Positions 1 through 9,624 of a stretch of 64,000 nucleotides of DNA are shown here, in pieces (position 1 is the first letter of the stretch; every line of letters begins with the position of its first letter). The position numbers and the translations under genes are program-made. A model generated the notes under the pieces. That model saw nothing but the letters and a program-made list of their open reading frames with translations, did not search any database and was not told where the DNA came from. The stretch lies in the IMG/VR virus record IMGVR_UViG_2718218304_000001, positions 50,160 through 114,159 of that record; one strand, 5' to 3'. The stretch comes from a virus (lineage: Duplodnaviria > Heunggongvirae > Uroviricota > Caudoviricetes).

Positions 1-87
1 ACACGACCGCTAAACAATTCGGCCAAAATTTGACGTAAAGAACGAGGACGTTTAGTTGCAGAAGTGAAATAGGTTTGACGTGCCATG
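1..87 (-). CDS. hypothetical protein, 5' end only (gene continues beyond window start)
   Basis: ATG at about 85-87 on minus strand with frame open to the window edge (MARQTYFTSATKRPRSL...); truncated, so absent from ORF track. Confidence 0.25.
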
Positions 88-234
88 TGGACTCCATCCA
101 GTGTCAGAAAGAGTTGCGGCTGGCGATCGCCAGCCGCCTTTCTCGTTCCATCCTGGAACTGTGTCTTACCGACACATTGTCATCCTGACGCTGATAAGAT
201 ACATGATTTAAAATGATAGGTAAACACTTACTTA

Positions 235-825
235 CTACTTGTTATAAACAAAACCAATATCTTTCTTGTGAGGCATATCTGCTGCTGAAAAAGCTGCGAT
301 CTTCGCGAGTCGATCACATATTTCATTTTCACGATGCCCGGCGTGACCTTTAACCCACTTCCAGCGAACATTATGTCGACTTGCGGCCTCATCCAGACGC
401 TTCCACAGATCAACATTCTTTACCGGTTTTTTGTCAGAAGTCATCCATCCATTGCGTTTCCACCATTTCATCCACTGTGTCATGCCGTTTTTCAGATACT
501 GGCTATCAGAGTACAAAATAACGTTGCATGGATATTTCAAACGCTCCAGCCCGATAAGTGCCCCCATCATCTCCATGCGGTTATTGGTGGTGCTATGAAA
601 ACCATCTGAGAACTCGCGTTCCTCACCACCATACTGGAGAACTATACCGTAACCGCCCGGGCCACCCGGATTTTTAAGGCAAGAGCCATCACTGAAGATT
701 TTCACGGTTTTAAGCTGGGGATTGAACTCTACGACAGGCGTTGTGGAATTGGTGCGGGGAGAATTTTTGTTTTTGTCATTTTTGCGAGTTTTTGCTTGCG
801 ATCGGGCTGGTGTCTTCGTCGTCAT
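235..825 (-). CDS. rnhA: ribonuclease HI
   Basis: Track ORF 235..879 (GTG start); internal ATG at 825 preceded by AGGAG. Protein has DGSC...NNRMEL...SDSQY...HAGH...NE..D motifs and close similarity to E. coli RNase HI as I recall it. Confidence 0.85.
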   Translation of the reverse strand: MTTKTPARSQAKTRKNDKNKNSPRTNSTTPVVEFNPQLKTVKIFSDGSCLKNPGGPGGYGIVLQYGGEEREFSDGFHSTTNNRMEMMGALIGLERLKYPCNVILYSDSQYLKNGMTQWMKWWKRNGWMTSDKKPVKNVDLWKRLDEAASRHNVRWKWVKGHAGHRENEICDRLAKIAAFSAADMPHKKDIGFVYNK

Positions 826-1411
826 ATAAACTCCTGAATCAAGCGCCGCGCCGATTTTTTTTTCCTCGCGCGTGCGCACACGCGTGCGTGTTAATAATTA
901 TTAAAATAAACAAATTACTTCCCAGAACAGGTTTTTATAAACCTGAACTGAACGAACGAAGTGAGTGAAGTTCACCTCGAACGAAGTGAGAGGTTGTCTT
1001 TTCAGGTAATACTCTCCCAGGGAGGTGAGTACAAAATTTCCTCACCAACCTGGTCGTTTCATAACCTGAAAAGTTATGACCTAAGTCTACTGCCAGCTTA
1101 GGCTTGGGAAGTTATGGATGACAGCACCCCAGAACCGAGATCTTCCCACACTTTATGAAGGGGAGTACTGGATTCAACCTCTCGAAACACCCCAGACTCG
1201 ACAATCATAAAGTGACCCTTGTCTCTGCTCACTTTGGTTCCCCCTTCCCCAACCCCTAAACGGTGCCGGTTCTACGCTGGTAGTGAGCTTTTTTAAACCT
1301 GACGCCAGTGACGCTTACCCCCACCCATCAGGTCGAGCCTCCAGTCTACGACTGGAAACTATCAGATCTTAGCACTTACAATTCACTTTATGAATAGTTT
1401 GTACTTATCTA

Positions 1412-1642
1412 TCATTTCGATTGATTATTTTTTCGACCATGTAGTTGAACATTCAAGGCAAACACCTCGTTGATCAACTCACCTAAAAGCTGTTCAACAA
1501 GTTCGCGATGCTCCCCAAGATGCAAGCACTTAATTGCCCATTCGTACAAGTTGAAAGCCTGCTCACGATCTTTCATCATTTCACGAGCCTGGGCCAGAAA
1601 ATCGCTCTCTACGAGCGCAACGACATTAGTCGGGTATGACAT
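1412..1642 (-). CDS. hypothetical protein
   Basis: Track ORF 1412..1666; likely start at internal ATG (MSYPTNVV...) preceded by AAGGAAACC. Confidence 0.4.
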   Translation of the reverse strand: MSYPTNVVALVESDFLAQAREMMKDREQAFNLYEWAIKCLHLGEHRELVEQLLGELINEVFALNVQLHGRKNNQSK

Positions 1643-1744
1643 GTTGGTTTCCTTAAAGTGGTTCATAAAATCGATTTTAAAGCGTCTGGGAAGGGGTTCT
1701 AGTGGATTCTGTAGTGGTGTTCAGGTCTGGGAGTCTCTGATATA

Positions 1745-1810
1745 AAACAGCCTGCTTCCGTATATTAATAATTAATATGTAGTTATTTATATATACAGAA
1801 GCAGGCTAAT
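1745..1810. repeat. ~60-bp palindromic element, copy 1 (arms CCTGCTTCCGTATAT / ATATACAGAAGCAGG around an AT-rich loop)
   Basis: Read directly; the same arms, including the same single C/A mismatch, recur at about 54240-54300. Confidence 0.6.
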
Positions 1811-1828
1811 TACAGACGCCAGAACAAA

Positions 1829-2422
1829 CTAAGCAGCCTTCTTTGATTGTCTTTTTTTCCTGATCACATTCGCAGGATCATACCCTCCCAGACTTTTCAT
1901 GACGTCCAAAGGGATCTTGCTTATAGAGTGCCCAGCGTCCTGACAGAATCCTCGAAAAACAACGAGCATACTGCCACCTGGGTTGATGTTTACTTCTACC
2001 TGACCCAGATTTACGTCAGGCTCGACAAACGCTACGCGGCCACCAGACAGAATAATCGTCTCATTCGCACACTCTGTTGCACGCTCATACCACTTTGTAT
2101 CTAGGGATTGAGGAATTAGCATCACTGTTGTAACTCCGCGAGCCTGCTCACGTATAGCCGCATCAATCCAGGGGTAGATTTTGGAGTAGGGTGGATTGAG
2201 GAAGGCAATTGTACCTGGCTGTCCCCATTCAGATTTCAAAGCATCACGCTCAACGCCTATGAAATTAGGCAGCTTTGCATTGTCCTTGTTGCAGGCAACG
2301 TCAACATCAAATGTCACTCCAAGATAACGTTGAATGGCAGAAAACAGCCAGTCAGGTGTTCTCCAGAGGTCACGAAGAGAGTTGTCACGCTTTCGCTGTT
2401 TGATTTTTTCGGCTGCAATCAT
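1829..2422 (-). CDS. phage-type DNA N6-adenine methyltransferase (Dam-like)
   Basis: NPPY motif (FLNPPYS) and overall resemblance to phage Dam family MTases (T1 Dam-like); 197 aa. Confidence 0.65.
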   Translation of the reverse strand: MIAAEKIKQRKRDNSLRDLWRTPDWLFSAIQRYLGVTFDVDVACNKDNAKLPNFIGVERDALKSEWGQPGTIAFLNPPYSKIYPWIDAAIREQARGVTTVMLIPQSLDTKWYERATECANETIILSGGRVAFVEPDVNLGQVEVNINPGGSMLVVFRGFCQDAGHSISKIPLDVMKSLGGYDPANVIRKKRQSKKAA

Positions 2423-2488
2423 CTTCTTTCTCGATAGGTAAGTAAATACCTATTTTTGCATTTGATTTTATGTCTGGCAATCAAATAA

Positions 2489-2531
2489 AACGCGCCAGAA
2501 ATGCAAACGAGAAGCTCTCTGGCGCGTTTTT
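2489..2531. terminator. candidate bidirectional rho-independent terminator
   Basis: Inverted repeat CGCGCCAGA...TCTGGCGCG flanked by A-run upstream and T-run downstream, just beyond the stop of the 2606..3415 minus-strand gene. Confidence 0.4.
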
Positions 2532-2605
2532 GTGGTGCTGGGTATGTGATTGGCTTACCCAGTACTATAAAGCTCTCTATGGGCTTTATTTTAAGTAGGG
2601 GAACG

Positions 2606-3415
2606 TCATCCAATAGTGTACTCCGCGACAAACTTCTTAACGATCGGTGATTCTTCGTTCAATGTTAGATTTCCACCGTCTCTAACGGCAATTCCTGTCG
2701 CTGGAAATACAGCCATCATTTGCCCAGCCTGAGTTGACGCAGTGTTAAGCGGATACGGTTTTTCTGGATTGCTCATTAAAGCAATCTTAATACTATTACT
2801 TGTAGCCTTCTTTTCTGTGAGAAGGTGTCTCATGGAAATTACCGTGTAAACACTAATATCTGGACCTCCGCTAAACCAATTAAGAAGGTTTAATATCTTA
2901 TCCTTTGCTTTGACAGGCGCGTTATCGTAAGCGTCTAAGAAAATATCTTTTTCTAAGCCCGCTTTATTGAAAAACGAATCATCTTTATCACTTAAAGTAA
3001 AACGAGGACCTCTTGCAGTACGAGCTTTTTTATTTGTATTGCTATCATTTGACTGTTGAACTTTTAATTCATCATTAACCTCAACACACTCTTCAACCTC
3101 AATAAATCCCAATTGTTCTGGCTCGTTTTCGGCAGCTTCAACACTTTCAGCGTTAATTACGTTTATAGGCTCATGCGCTAACTCCAACTCATTTAAAGCA
3201 GAGCTGAAATCACCTGCTTTTTCTTCATTGAAAAGTTCTTCGGCAACATCATCAGAACTCATGGCTACGCCAGCATCTAGGCCGAGCAGCAGATCGTCAA
3301 TATCATCAGTATTTTCAACCTGTGCAGCTTTTTTTACTGGTTCATCAAGTGATTGCAACATGGCTGTCAGCTCGTCCAGATCATCATTTGTCATTACATT
3401 TTCAACCGAACTCAT
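2606..3415 (-). CDS. acidic hypothetical protein
   Basis: 269-aa ORF, strongly acidic (D/E-rich) central region; no motif recognised. Confidence 0.5.
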   Translation of the reverse strand: MSSVENVMTNDDLDELTAMLQSLDEPVKKAAQVENTDDIDDLLLGLDAGVAMSSDDVAEELFNEEKAGDFSSALNELELAHEPINVINAESVEAAENEPEQLGFIEVEECVEVNDELKVQQSNDSNTNKKARTARGPRFTLSDKDDSFFNKAGLEKDIFLDAYDNAPVKAKDKILNLLNWFSGGPDISVYTVISMRHLLTEKKATSNSIKIALMSNPEKPYPLNTASTQAGQMMAVFPATGIAVRDGGNLTLNEESPIVKKFVAEYTIG

Positions 3416-3573
3416 GTAAGTCTCCTTCTGTTTGGTTACATTTGCGTTTCGATGGCTGCATTTTGACTAAACCTATCAGGCGGAAAAGTATTAAATACAG
3501 GCAGAAAATGATTGAAAGGCGACTGTTCTTTAAAAAAAAGCCTACTTTAAACTTTTTAAAGTAGGCTTTTGTT

Positions 3574-4131
3574 TTACACAATTTCAGAGGGTAATTTAAA
3601 AAATCCGTACTTATTACGTGCCTTAAAGAAGCATTGCATCATTAAGTTTGTGTCATATAAGGCACTATGTGCTTTGGCATGATCGTATATAAAGCCAAGA
3701 GAGAAGGCCAACTCTTCAAGGCGGGGACGTTTACCGTCTTCTGTGGCCCACAATCCCGATAACATAGTATCTATAACAGGAACTTCTGGCAGTCTTACTC
3801 CATACCCTGAAAACTCGTGTCGAATAAATGGTATATCAAATGCTTCGCCGTTATGAGCAACCCACACACTACATGCCCCCATATAAGCGCCAATTTCGCT
3901 GGCATGATTTGACAACAAAGGTTCAGCTGCGAGCTGTTCCAATGAAATGCCATGAACGGCTTGAGCTTTCGGATCTATGTTTCTGCGAGGGTTAAAACGC
4001 ATCTCCAGACTATCAATATGTCTCTGTGTCTCCAGTTCATAGCGGGTAATTGCGATTTCAATAATTTTATGACCAGCAAGGAAATCCAGTCCCGTAGACT
4101 CGATATCGATGCCTGCAACAATCGTTGTCAT
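3574..4131 (-). CDS. DEDDh 3'-5' exonuclease (DnaQ/epsilon-like)
   Basis: Exo I motif GIDIESTGL, Exo II VAHNGEAFDIPF, Exo III HSALYDT. Confidence 0.8.
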   Translation of the reverse strand: MTTIVAGIDIESTGLDFLAGHKIIEIAITRYELETQRHIDSLEMRFNPRRNIDPKAQAVHGISLEQLAAEPLLSNHASEIGAYMGACSVWVAHNGEAFDIPFIRHEFSGYGVRLPEVPVIDTMLSGLWATEDGKRPRLEELAFSLGFIYDHAKAHSALYDTNLMMQCFFKARNKYGFFKLPSEIV

Positions 4132-4140
4132 CAGAACTCC

Positions 4141-4560
4141 TTACAACTTCTTAGCGCCCTTAAGTAGTGCGCTACGTACAAATTGAGCCGCTTTTTTCAA
4201 AGTTTCTTCACTGGTTTCACAGACAATCGGATCTTTCCACTTACCTGACACAGTGTTGAGAATATTGATTTGGTTGCTATCCAGACAAACAGAGATATAA
4301 AGCACTGTGCCACCAGCCAGCATCAAATGCATAGGAAACAGAGGCTTTTTACTGCCTTCACTGAACTGAGACATGGCGATGTTAATGGCTTCACCCACTT
4401 GTGTACCAACAAGCCCCTGCGCAGTTTCGAATATGGCACGAATAGCCAGACGAGCCTCTCGATCGCTCATAAGCGACCGGGAATGTTCGTCCGCTACACG
4501 AATCAAAGCCTCTGTTGTTTTCCGATCCAGTTCATCTTCAAGCAACATTTCACTAAACAT
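4141..4560 (-). CDS. hypothetical protein
   Basis: 139-aa ORF in operon context; no motif recognised. Confidence 0.45.
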   Translation of the reverse strand: MFSEMLLEDELDRKTTEALIRVADEHSRSLMSDREARLAIRAIFETAQGLVGTQVGEAINIAMSQFSEGSKKPLFPMHLMLAGGTVLYISVCLDSNQINILNTVSGKWKDPIVCETSEETLKKAAQFVRSALLKGAKKL

Positions 4561-4621
4561 TTTTTATCCTTAACCCATTTTGAGAGTTTTATTGTCGCAA
4601 TGTCGAAGAGGCGAACAATTT

Positions 4622-5266
4622 CTAATGAACGGTCACTCGGCCACAGAACCGGTTTTCTATCTTTTCTACAGCGTTATCTAGCATTCTCATCACTGATCTG
4701 GCTCTTGCTTCAACCGTGCGATATCGGTTGGAAACGACGAAGGTTTGCAGATCTCCCCTTTGCGGATGCAGGTGAATTTTTGTCAGTTCCCCGCACATCA
4801 ACGCATCAATACGAGCGACATACAGACGGTCTAATGATGCTCGTTGTGATCGCAAGTAATCTCGCTCTGAGAGAGCGACTCCCGGGCGTAAGCCAGCAAT
4901 GGCGTTAAAGTTTGAAATAGCAGTTTTGTGGCAAAACTTTTCGATATCGAGGGCTAACTCAATACACCGATCTTCATTTGTATGGCCGACCAAATCCAAC
5001 GTGTAGGCCATAACATCAGCAGGTGTGCGATCGATAACAAAGCCTTCAACACCACGCGTAAGTAGCTCTATATGCTTTGCTATTTCCATTTGAATCTGAA
5101 GCCGCTCATATAGAGGCATAGAATCACCTACTCGAACACCGAGGCGGCTCATCAAACTTCCGACACCAGCATCCACGTAAGGGATTCCGTAATGTTTGTC
5201 GATATATTTAGCCAGGGTTGTTTTCCCACTGCCCTGAGCACCAGTGATCCCAATCCGGTAATCCAT
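4622..5266 (-). CDS. P-loop kinase, putative deoxynucleoside monophosphate kinase
   Basis: Walker A GAQGSGKTT near N-terminus; sits with DHFR and ThyA; loose resemblance to phage dNMP kinases. Confidence 0.5.
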   Translation of the reverse strand: MDYRIGITGAQGSGKTTLAKYIDKHYGIPYVDAGVGSLMSRLGVRVGDSMPLYERLQIQMEIAKHIELLTRGVEGFVIDRTPADVMAYTLDLVGHTNEDRCIELALDIEKFCHKTAISNFNAIAGLRPGVALSERDYLRSQRASLDRLYVARIDALMCGELTKIHLHPQRGDLQTFVVSNRYRTVEARARSVMRMLDNAVEKIENRFCGRVTVH

Positions 5267-5742
5267 TACGACCTTCTGTATACGATCTGCGAAAAGCCAG
5301 GCTCTTCCTCGCTGGCTCGTTGGGTATAAGCTGTTTCAACAGGCACAAAGCCTAAGTTACGCATCATGCTTGCCGGGAAGAATGCATCGGCGTTTGGTAC
5401 ATCAACGCCGATGTGGGAGAGCCAAATCTCTTCAACATGCGGCATGAATAGCGAGTAAATTTGTTCCCCGCCAATCACCCACACAGGCTCTGGTAATCGC
5501 AACACATCATCCACACCAGCAAGGTAGAATCCATTTGGTACAAAGCCATGAGAGCGCGTCAAAACGAGGTTATGACGCTCTGGAAGAGGGCGTTTGAGAC
5601 TTTCCATCGTTTTACGTCCCATAACGACAGTGGCGTTTTTGGTGAGTCTCTTAAATAGCTTCAGATCGGTAGAACAACGCCAGGGGAGTTCATTCGCTAT
5701 GCCGATCTCATAGTTACGGCCAACAGCAGCGATCATCTTCAT
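5266..5742 (-). CDS. folA: dihydrofolate reductase
   Basis: DHFR-like N-terminus (IAAVGRNYEIG...LPW), VIGGEQIY motif; 158 aa. Confidence 0.85.
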   Translation of the reverse strand: MKMIAAVGRNYEIGIANELPWRCSTDLKLFKRLTKNATVVMGRKTMESLKRPLPERHNLVLTRSHGFVPNGFYLAGVDDVLRLPEPVWVIGGEQIYSLFMPHVEEIWLSHIGVDVPNADAFFPASMMRNLGFVPVETAYTQRASEEEPGFSQIVYRRS

Positions 5743-6152
5743 TTGCTCACCTCATAGATGACCGGTCGATGGTGAGAGTCGGCTAAAGCGGCACGGAGTC
5801 GAGGATCGTGCACCAGCGCAGCGATAAGCAGATCGCCTTTATGCTCCGCTAATGTGCGCTTAATATGCTTCTCATAACTGGTGCCATTCGGTACGAGATG
5901 AAGCCAGTCATAATCAACGCCAAAATCTTTCAGCCATCGTTTAGTTGGCGCTTCAAGAGTTTCAGAGCGGCTACTGATAAGCACCACTTCAGCCCCTGAG
6001 CGAGCAAAACCACGCAACATACGGCTGGTGGGGAAAATGAGTTCATCACCGGCAATGAGCTGGCCTGCATCCGCGTCAGATACTGATTTACGATGGCTGG
6101 CATTTGCCAGCACACCTTCAATTTCGCATAAGACATACATACCTCTTGCCAT
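5739..6152 (-). CDS. HAD-like fold protein with atypical motif I (putative nucleotidase)
   Basis: Track ORF 5739..6200 overlaps ThyA; ATG at 6152 (MARGMYVLCEIEGVL) sits 1 nt after the ThyA stop. CEIEGVL resembles a degenerate HAD DxDGVL motif. Function uncertain. Confidence 0.35.
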   Translation of the reverse strand: MARGMYVLCEIEGVLANASHRKSVSDADAGQLIAGDELIFPTSRMLRGFARSGAEVVLISSRSETLEAPTKRWLKDFGVDYDWLHLVPNGTSYEKHIKRTLAEHKGDLLIAALVHDPRLRAALADSHHRPVIYEVSK

Positions 6153-6153
6153 A

Positions 6154-7284
6154 TCACACCGCCACTGGAACCTTGATCCACGGTAGAGGGTCATAGCCAA
6201 GAATTAAAACCTCGTCCCATTTGAAATCATCCAACTCTGACCATTCATGAGGGAAAATAACGACCGGATCTGAATGCTCTGGAGCCTGTCGCTTCATTAG
6301 CTCACACACACCTTCCATGTGGTTGTTGTACAAATGCACGTCAAAGCCAAAATGCACAAATGCACCGGCCATGTGACCCGTAATCTTCGCGAGAAAATGA
6401 GTGAGAATGCCATAGCCAGCAATATTGAATGGCATACCAACAAAAGTGTCTACGCTACGCTGTACGAGGCAGGAGTTGAGGATGCGTTTGGGGATTCCAA
6501 GTTCATCCAGTTCAGCTTCAGTAACACTGCCGTCCATCTCCAGATCGTATAGCATCTTGGTGTAGATAGACTCGTAACCGAGGCGACTGTGTTGAAGACC
6601 AATGTCAGTTGCCATCGTTAAACGGGTTTCAAAATCCAGCTCACGACTCCACAAAGAGAAGACAAAGTGGCAAGGTGGCAGTTTCATATCCTCAAGCTCG
6701 CCTACGTTCCATGCGTTAAGCATGATGCGACGATCGGTAGGGTTCGTGCGCAGTGTATCGACAATACGCTGTAGCTGATCGATTTCACGGGACAGCACTA
6801 CGCGATCTTCACTGATACCCAGGTATCCCTCGACTTTGTACCCGCGTTCACGGAAAGTATCGATCTTGCTCAGATATTCACTATGGCTCACGATGCGGGT
6901 ATCTTCCCATCGACGCCACTGCTTACCGTAAACCGGCCCCAAATCGCCATTCTCATCGGCCCATGCATCCCAAATCTTAACGCCGTTATCCTTGAGAAAT
7001 TGGATGTTGCCCGTGCCTTTCAGATACCACTCAAGTTCGACAAGTAGTGGCTTAAGATTTACCGCCTTTCCAGAAATAAGCGGCACAGTCCCACCAGTAA
7101 GCATGTAGTAAGAGGGAACGTAGCAGGTGCTTAAAGTACCAGTGCCTGTGCGATCATCAGCCTGCACGCCGCTTTTAAGCACCGTCTCAATAACTTTTGC
7201 ATACGATGCGTTTGTTACCTGACCGTTCGTATGCTCACGATTCAAAAGGAGTGACACAAAAACCTCACAAAGATAAGTAACCAC
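6154..7284 (-). CDS. thyA: thymidylate synthase (ThyA type, extended)
   Basis: DRTGTGT, NAWN, LPPCH and DTFVGMPFNIA motifs; 376 aa, longer than bacterial ThyA; N-terminal start uncertain (ATG lies inside a palindromic motif). Confidence 0.85.
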   Translation of the reverse strand: MVTYLCEVFVSLLLNREHTNGQVTNASYAKVIETVLKSGVQADDRTGTGTLSTCYVPSYYMLTGGTVPLISGKAVNLKPLLVELEWYLKGTGNIQFLKDNGVKIWDAWADENGDLGPVYGKQWRRWEDTRIVSHSEYLSKIDTFRERGYKVEGYLGISEDRVVLSREIDQLQRIVDTLRTNPTDRRIMLNAWNVGELEDMKLPPCHFVFSLWSRELDFETRLTMATDIGLQHSRLGYESIYTKMLYDLEMDGSVTEAELDELGIPKRILNSCLVQRSVDTFVGMPFNIAGYGILTHFLAKITGHMAGAFVHFGFDVHLYNNHMEGVCELMKRQAPEHSDPVVIFPHEWSELDDFKWDEVLILGYDPLPWIKVPVAV

Positions 7285-7428
7285 TTATTCATTGCGTGAG
7301 TTTACATTTATTGAGAGAACAAGACCAGACAGATAAAAAAATGGTGGCCATAGGCCACCAAAAACGAATAGTTGTTTCAGAAATTTAACGCGCCAATGCA
7401 ATATACACAGATAGATAACTACCTACAA

Positions 7429-8298
7429 TTATTTTTTGAACATTCCGTACATTGCTGAGGCTTTAGCTTGCTCAACAAAGGAGGATAAATCGACATCACT
7501 ATAGGTTGGAGACTTCAGAATCTTTCCATCGGAAATTCGAAAACCGATCATCTTATCGGTGCCATCAGCATGGCGAAATCCCAGGTCAGAAGAGTCGTAT
7601 TTGCAGTTGGCCACAGCATGGCGACGCTCTTCGGCATCTGCAGGCCATAATTTTGTCATGTTGGACCGATGAATTTCGCCAACCAGCTCGACGACATTGA
7701 TACCGAGGAAATCAGCCAGTCGATAGGTCATCATGCACGCCACATAGATTTTGTTCATTACACGGCGCAGTTCCTGAATCAGTTCAGAATCCTTAACAGT
7801 CTTGTTCTCAAGTTTATCTGCCAGCTCTTCGAGCATATATGACGCCTCACGAGCTTCCTGAAATGGCATTGCCATATCATCGAAAACAGTGTTACCAGGC
7901 ACAAAAATTGTCTGCATAAAGCGATCAATGCTCTGTTCCTGCGTGTAATAGGTCATGCCGGTAGAAATACCACCTTTGATGGCGACCATCGTACCAACAC
8001 CAACGTATAAAAAGTCGGCCATTGCATCCAGCAGTTGCTCAATATCCCCATTCATTGCAGCTGGAATACCTTCCACTACAGCTTCTTCATGAATCAGGCT
8101 TGCACGGAGACGAAGCAGCTCTGGTGTCGGCATAACGCGTCTCGGATGCTGGAAGAGTTCATGAAACTGATCGACCATCTTGTAAATACTTTCAGTAGCT
8201 ACACCATGACCTTCATGCAACTCATATGGTTCTGGCTTAAATCCAATGAGACGATCGGTGGCAAGTTTCAGGTGGTCAGTCAGTTTGGTAAAGTTCAT
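7429..8298 (-). CDS. putative all-alpha NTP pyrophosphohydrolase (MazG-like)
   Basis: Two helical segments with E-rich motifs resembling MazG/HisE; sits with nucleotide-metabolism genes. Confidence 0.45.
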   Translation of the reverse strand: MNFTKLTDHLKLATDRLIGFKPEPYELHEGHGVATESIYKMVDQFHELFQHPRRVMPTPELLRLRASLIHEEAVVEGIPAAMNGDIEQLLDAMADFLYVGVGTMVAIKGGISTGMTYYTQEQSIDRFMQTIFVPGNTVFDDMAMPFQEAREASYMLEELADKLENKTVKDSELIQELRRVMNKIYVACMMTYRLADFLGINVVELVGEIHRSNMTKLWPADAEERRHAVANCKYDSSDLGFRHADGTDKMIGFRISDGKILKSPTYSDVDLSSFVEQAKASAMYGMFKK

Positions 8299-8375
8299 GC
8301 TAGTTTTGTTCCTTCTTAATTCTTGTGATCCATTGTGGCCCAGCGTTGCCAGGCCACATAATGCTTTGTATCGGT

Positions 8376-9518
8376 TTACAGGTCTGCAAACTGGCTTAGA
8401 GAAGCCTTATCCACGGTAGAATCGATCTGACCTACCAGATATGTGCTTTGCTCTGCCTCTTGTGGCGCAATTTGCAGTGTGTCGGTTAACAACCACTTGT
8501 TCATCCAGACCAGCGGATCAGTGGTAACTTCTGGAAATAAAGCCTTCAGGCCAAGACGATTCATAGCCAGATTGGTGCGGTATTTTACATAGGTTTTGAG
8601 AATATCCGCGTTTAAACCAATCATCGAACCGTCTTTGAAGAGATAGTCTGCCCAGTTCATTTCTTGTTCGGCGACTGATTTCATGGTGTCGTAAATGACG
8701 TTTTCTTCATCAGCAGCAATCTCTTTCCACAATAAACCTTCGCGACCGGTACGCATGAAGCGGATCATGCGTTCAGTTCCTTCGCAATGCAGAGCTTCAT
8801 CACGGGCAATAAAGCGCATAATTTTGGTGTTACCCTCAAGCAACTTCCGTTCACCAAAGGCAAACGTACATGCAAAACTTACGTAGAAACGGATCGCCTC
8901 AAGCGCATTAATGGACACCAACGTGCGGAAAAGCTGACGATGCAAAGGGTATGGCTCCCAGCCATATTCATTTACGTACAGACGCTCAAATTCCTTCTCA
9001 CCTAACGACTGGCGCTCGCAGGTCATCCCATAAAGCCTGTCATATTCAGCAGAGATACTGATCGCTCGGTTGATGATTTCTTCATCCGTAACAATACCGT
9101 CAAAAACAATGCTCGGATCGTCCACCATGCCACGAATAATGTGGGTGTAGCTGCGGCTATGGATAGTCTCAGAGAAAGACCACGTTTCAACCCACGTTTC
9201 CAGTTCAGGAATAGAGATAAGCGGCAGAAGCGTTGCATTTGGGCTACGTCCCTGAACTGAATCGAGTAACGTTTGATAACGGAGATTGCTCAGAAAAATG
9301 TGACGTTCGTGGTCCCGCAGCTTCGTGTTGAAGTCGATACGATCACTCGAAATATCAACTTCTTCCGGCCGCCAGAAGAAAGACAATTGACGTTCAATCA
9401 ACTTTTCAAAATCACGGTATTTTTGCTGATCGTAACGTGCCACGTTGACAGATTGTCCGAGGAACATAGGCTCTTTGGTTGCATCATTAGCACCCAAACG
9501 GAACGTTGAATATGACAT
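8376..9518 (-). CDS. nrdB: ribonucleotide reductase class Ia beta subunit
   Basis: 380 aa; diiron/tyrosyl-radical region and overall NrdB-like sequence; adjacent to nrdA. Confidence 0.9.
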   Translation of the reverse strand: MSYSTFRLGANDATKEPMFLGQSVNVARYDQQKYRDFEKLIERQLSFFWRPEEVDISSDRIDFNTKLRDHERHIFLSNLRYQTLLDSVQGRSPNATLLPLISIPELETWVETWSFSETIHSRSYTHIIRGMVDDPSIVFDGIVTDEEIINRAISISAEYDRLYGMTCERQSLGEKEFERLYVNEYGWEPYPLHRQLFRTLVSINALEAIRFYVSFACTFAFGERKLLEGNTKIMRFIARDEALHCEGTERMIRFMRTGREGLLWKEIAADEENVIYDTMKSVAEQEMNWADYLFKDGSMIGLNADILKTYVKYRTNLAMNRLGLKALFPEVTTDPLVWMNKWLLTDTLQIAPQEAEQSTYLVGQIDSTVDKASLSQFADL

Positions 9519-9624
9519 GTGTTTTTCCTTTTTCTTTTTTAGTGCGTTTAAACAAGTTGTTATCTTATGTGTTTAAACAAGGCTTACAAATCAAAGAGAA
9601 GGTGGGGATATCCCCCACCATATG

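Noticed and set aside
880-1410. tRNA, tmRNA or group I intron in the long non-coding region
   Set aside because: No T-loop (GGTTCGA-like) or acceptor-stem pattern and no flanking split gene; kept only as an unexplained non-coding region
2419-2631. 70-aa minus-strand ORF
   Set aside because: Spans the terminator hairpin and the palindromic motif between two genes; Arg/Lys-rich junk-like translation
5930-6181. 83-aa ORF in an alternative frame inside the HAD-like gene
   Set aside because: Fully nested within a better-supported ORF on the same strand
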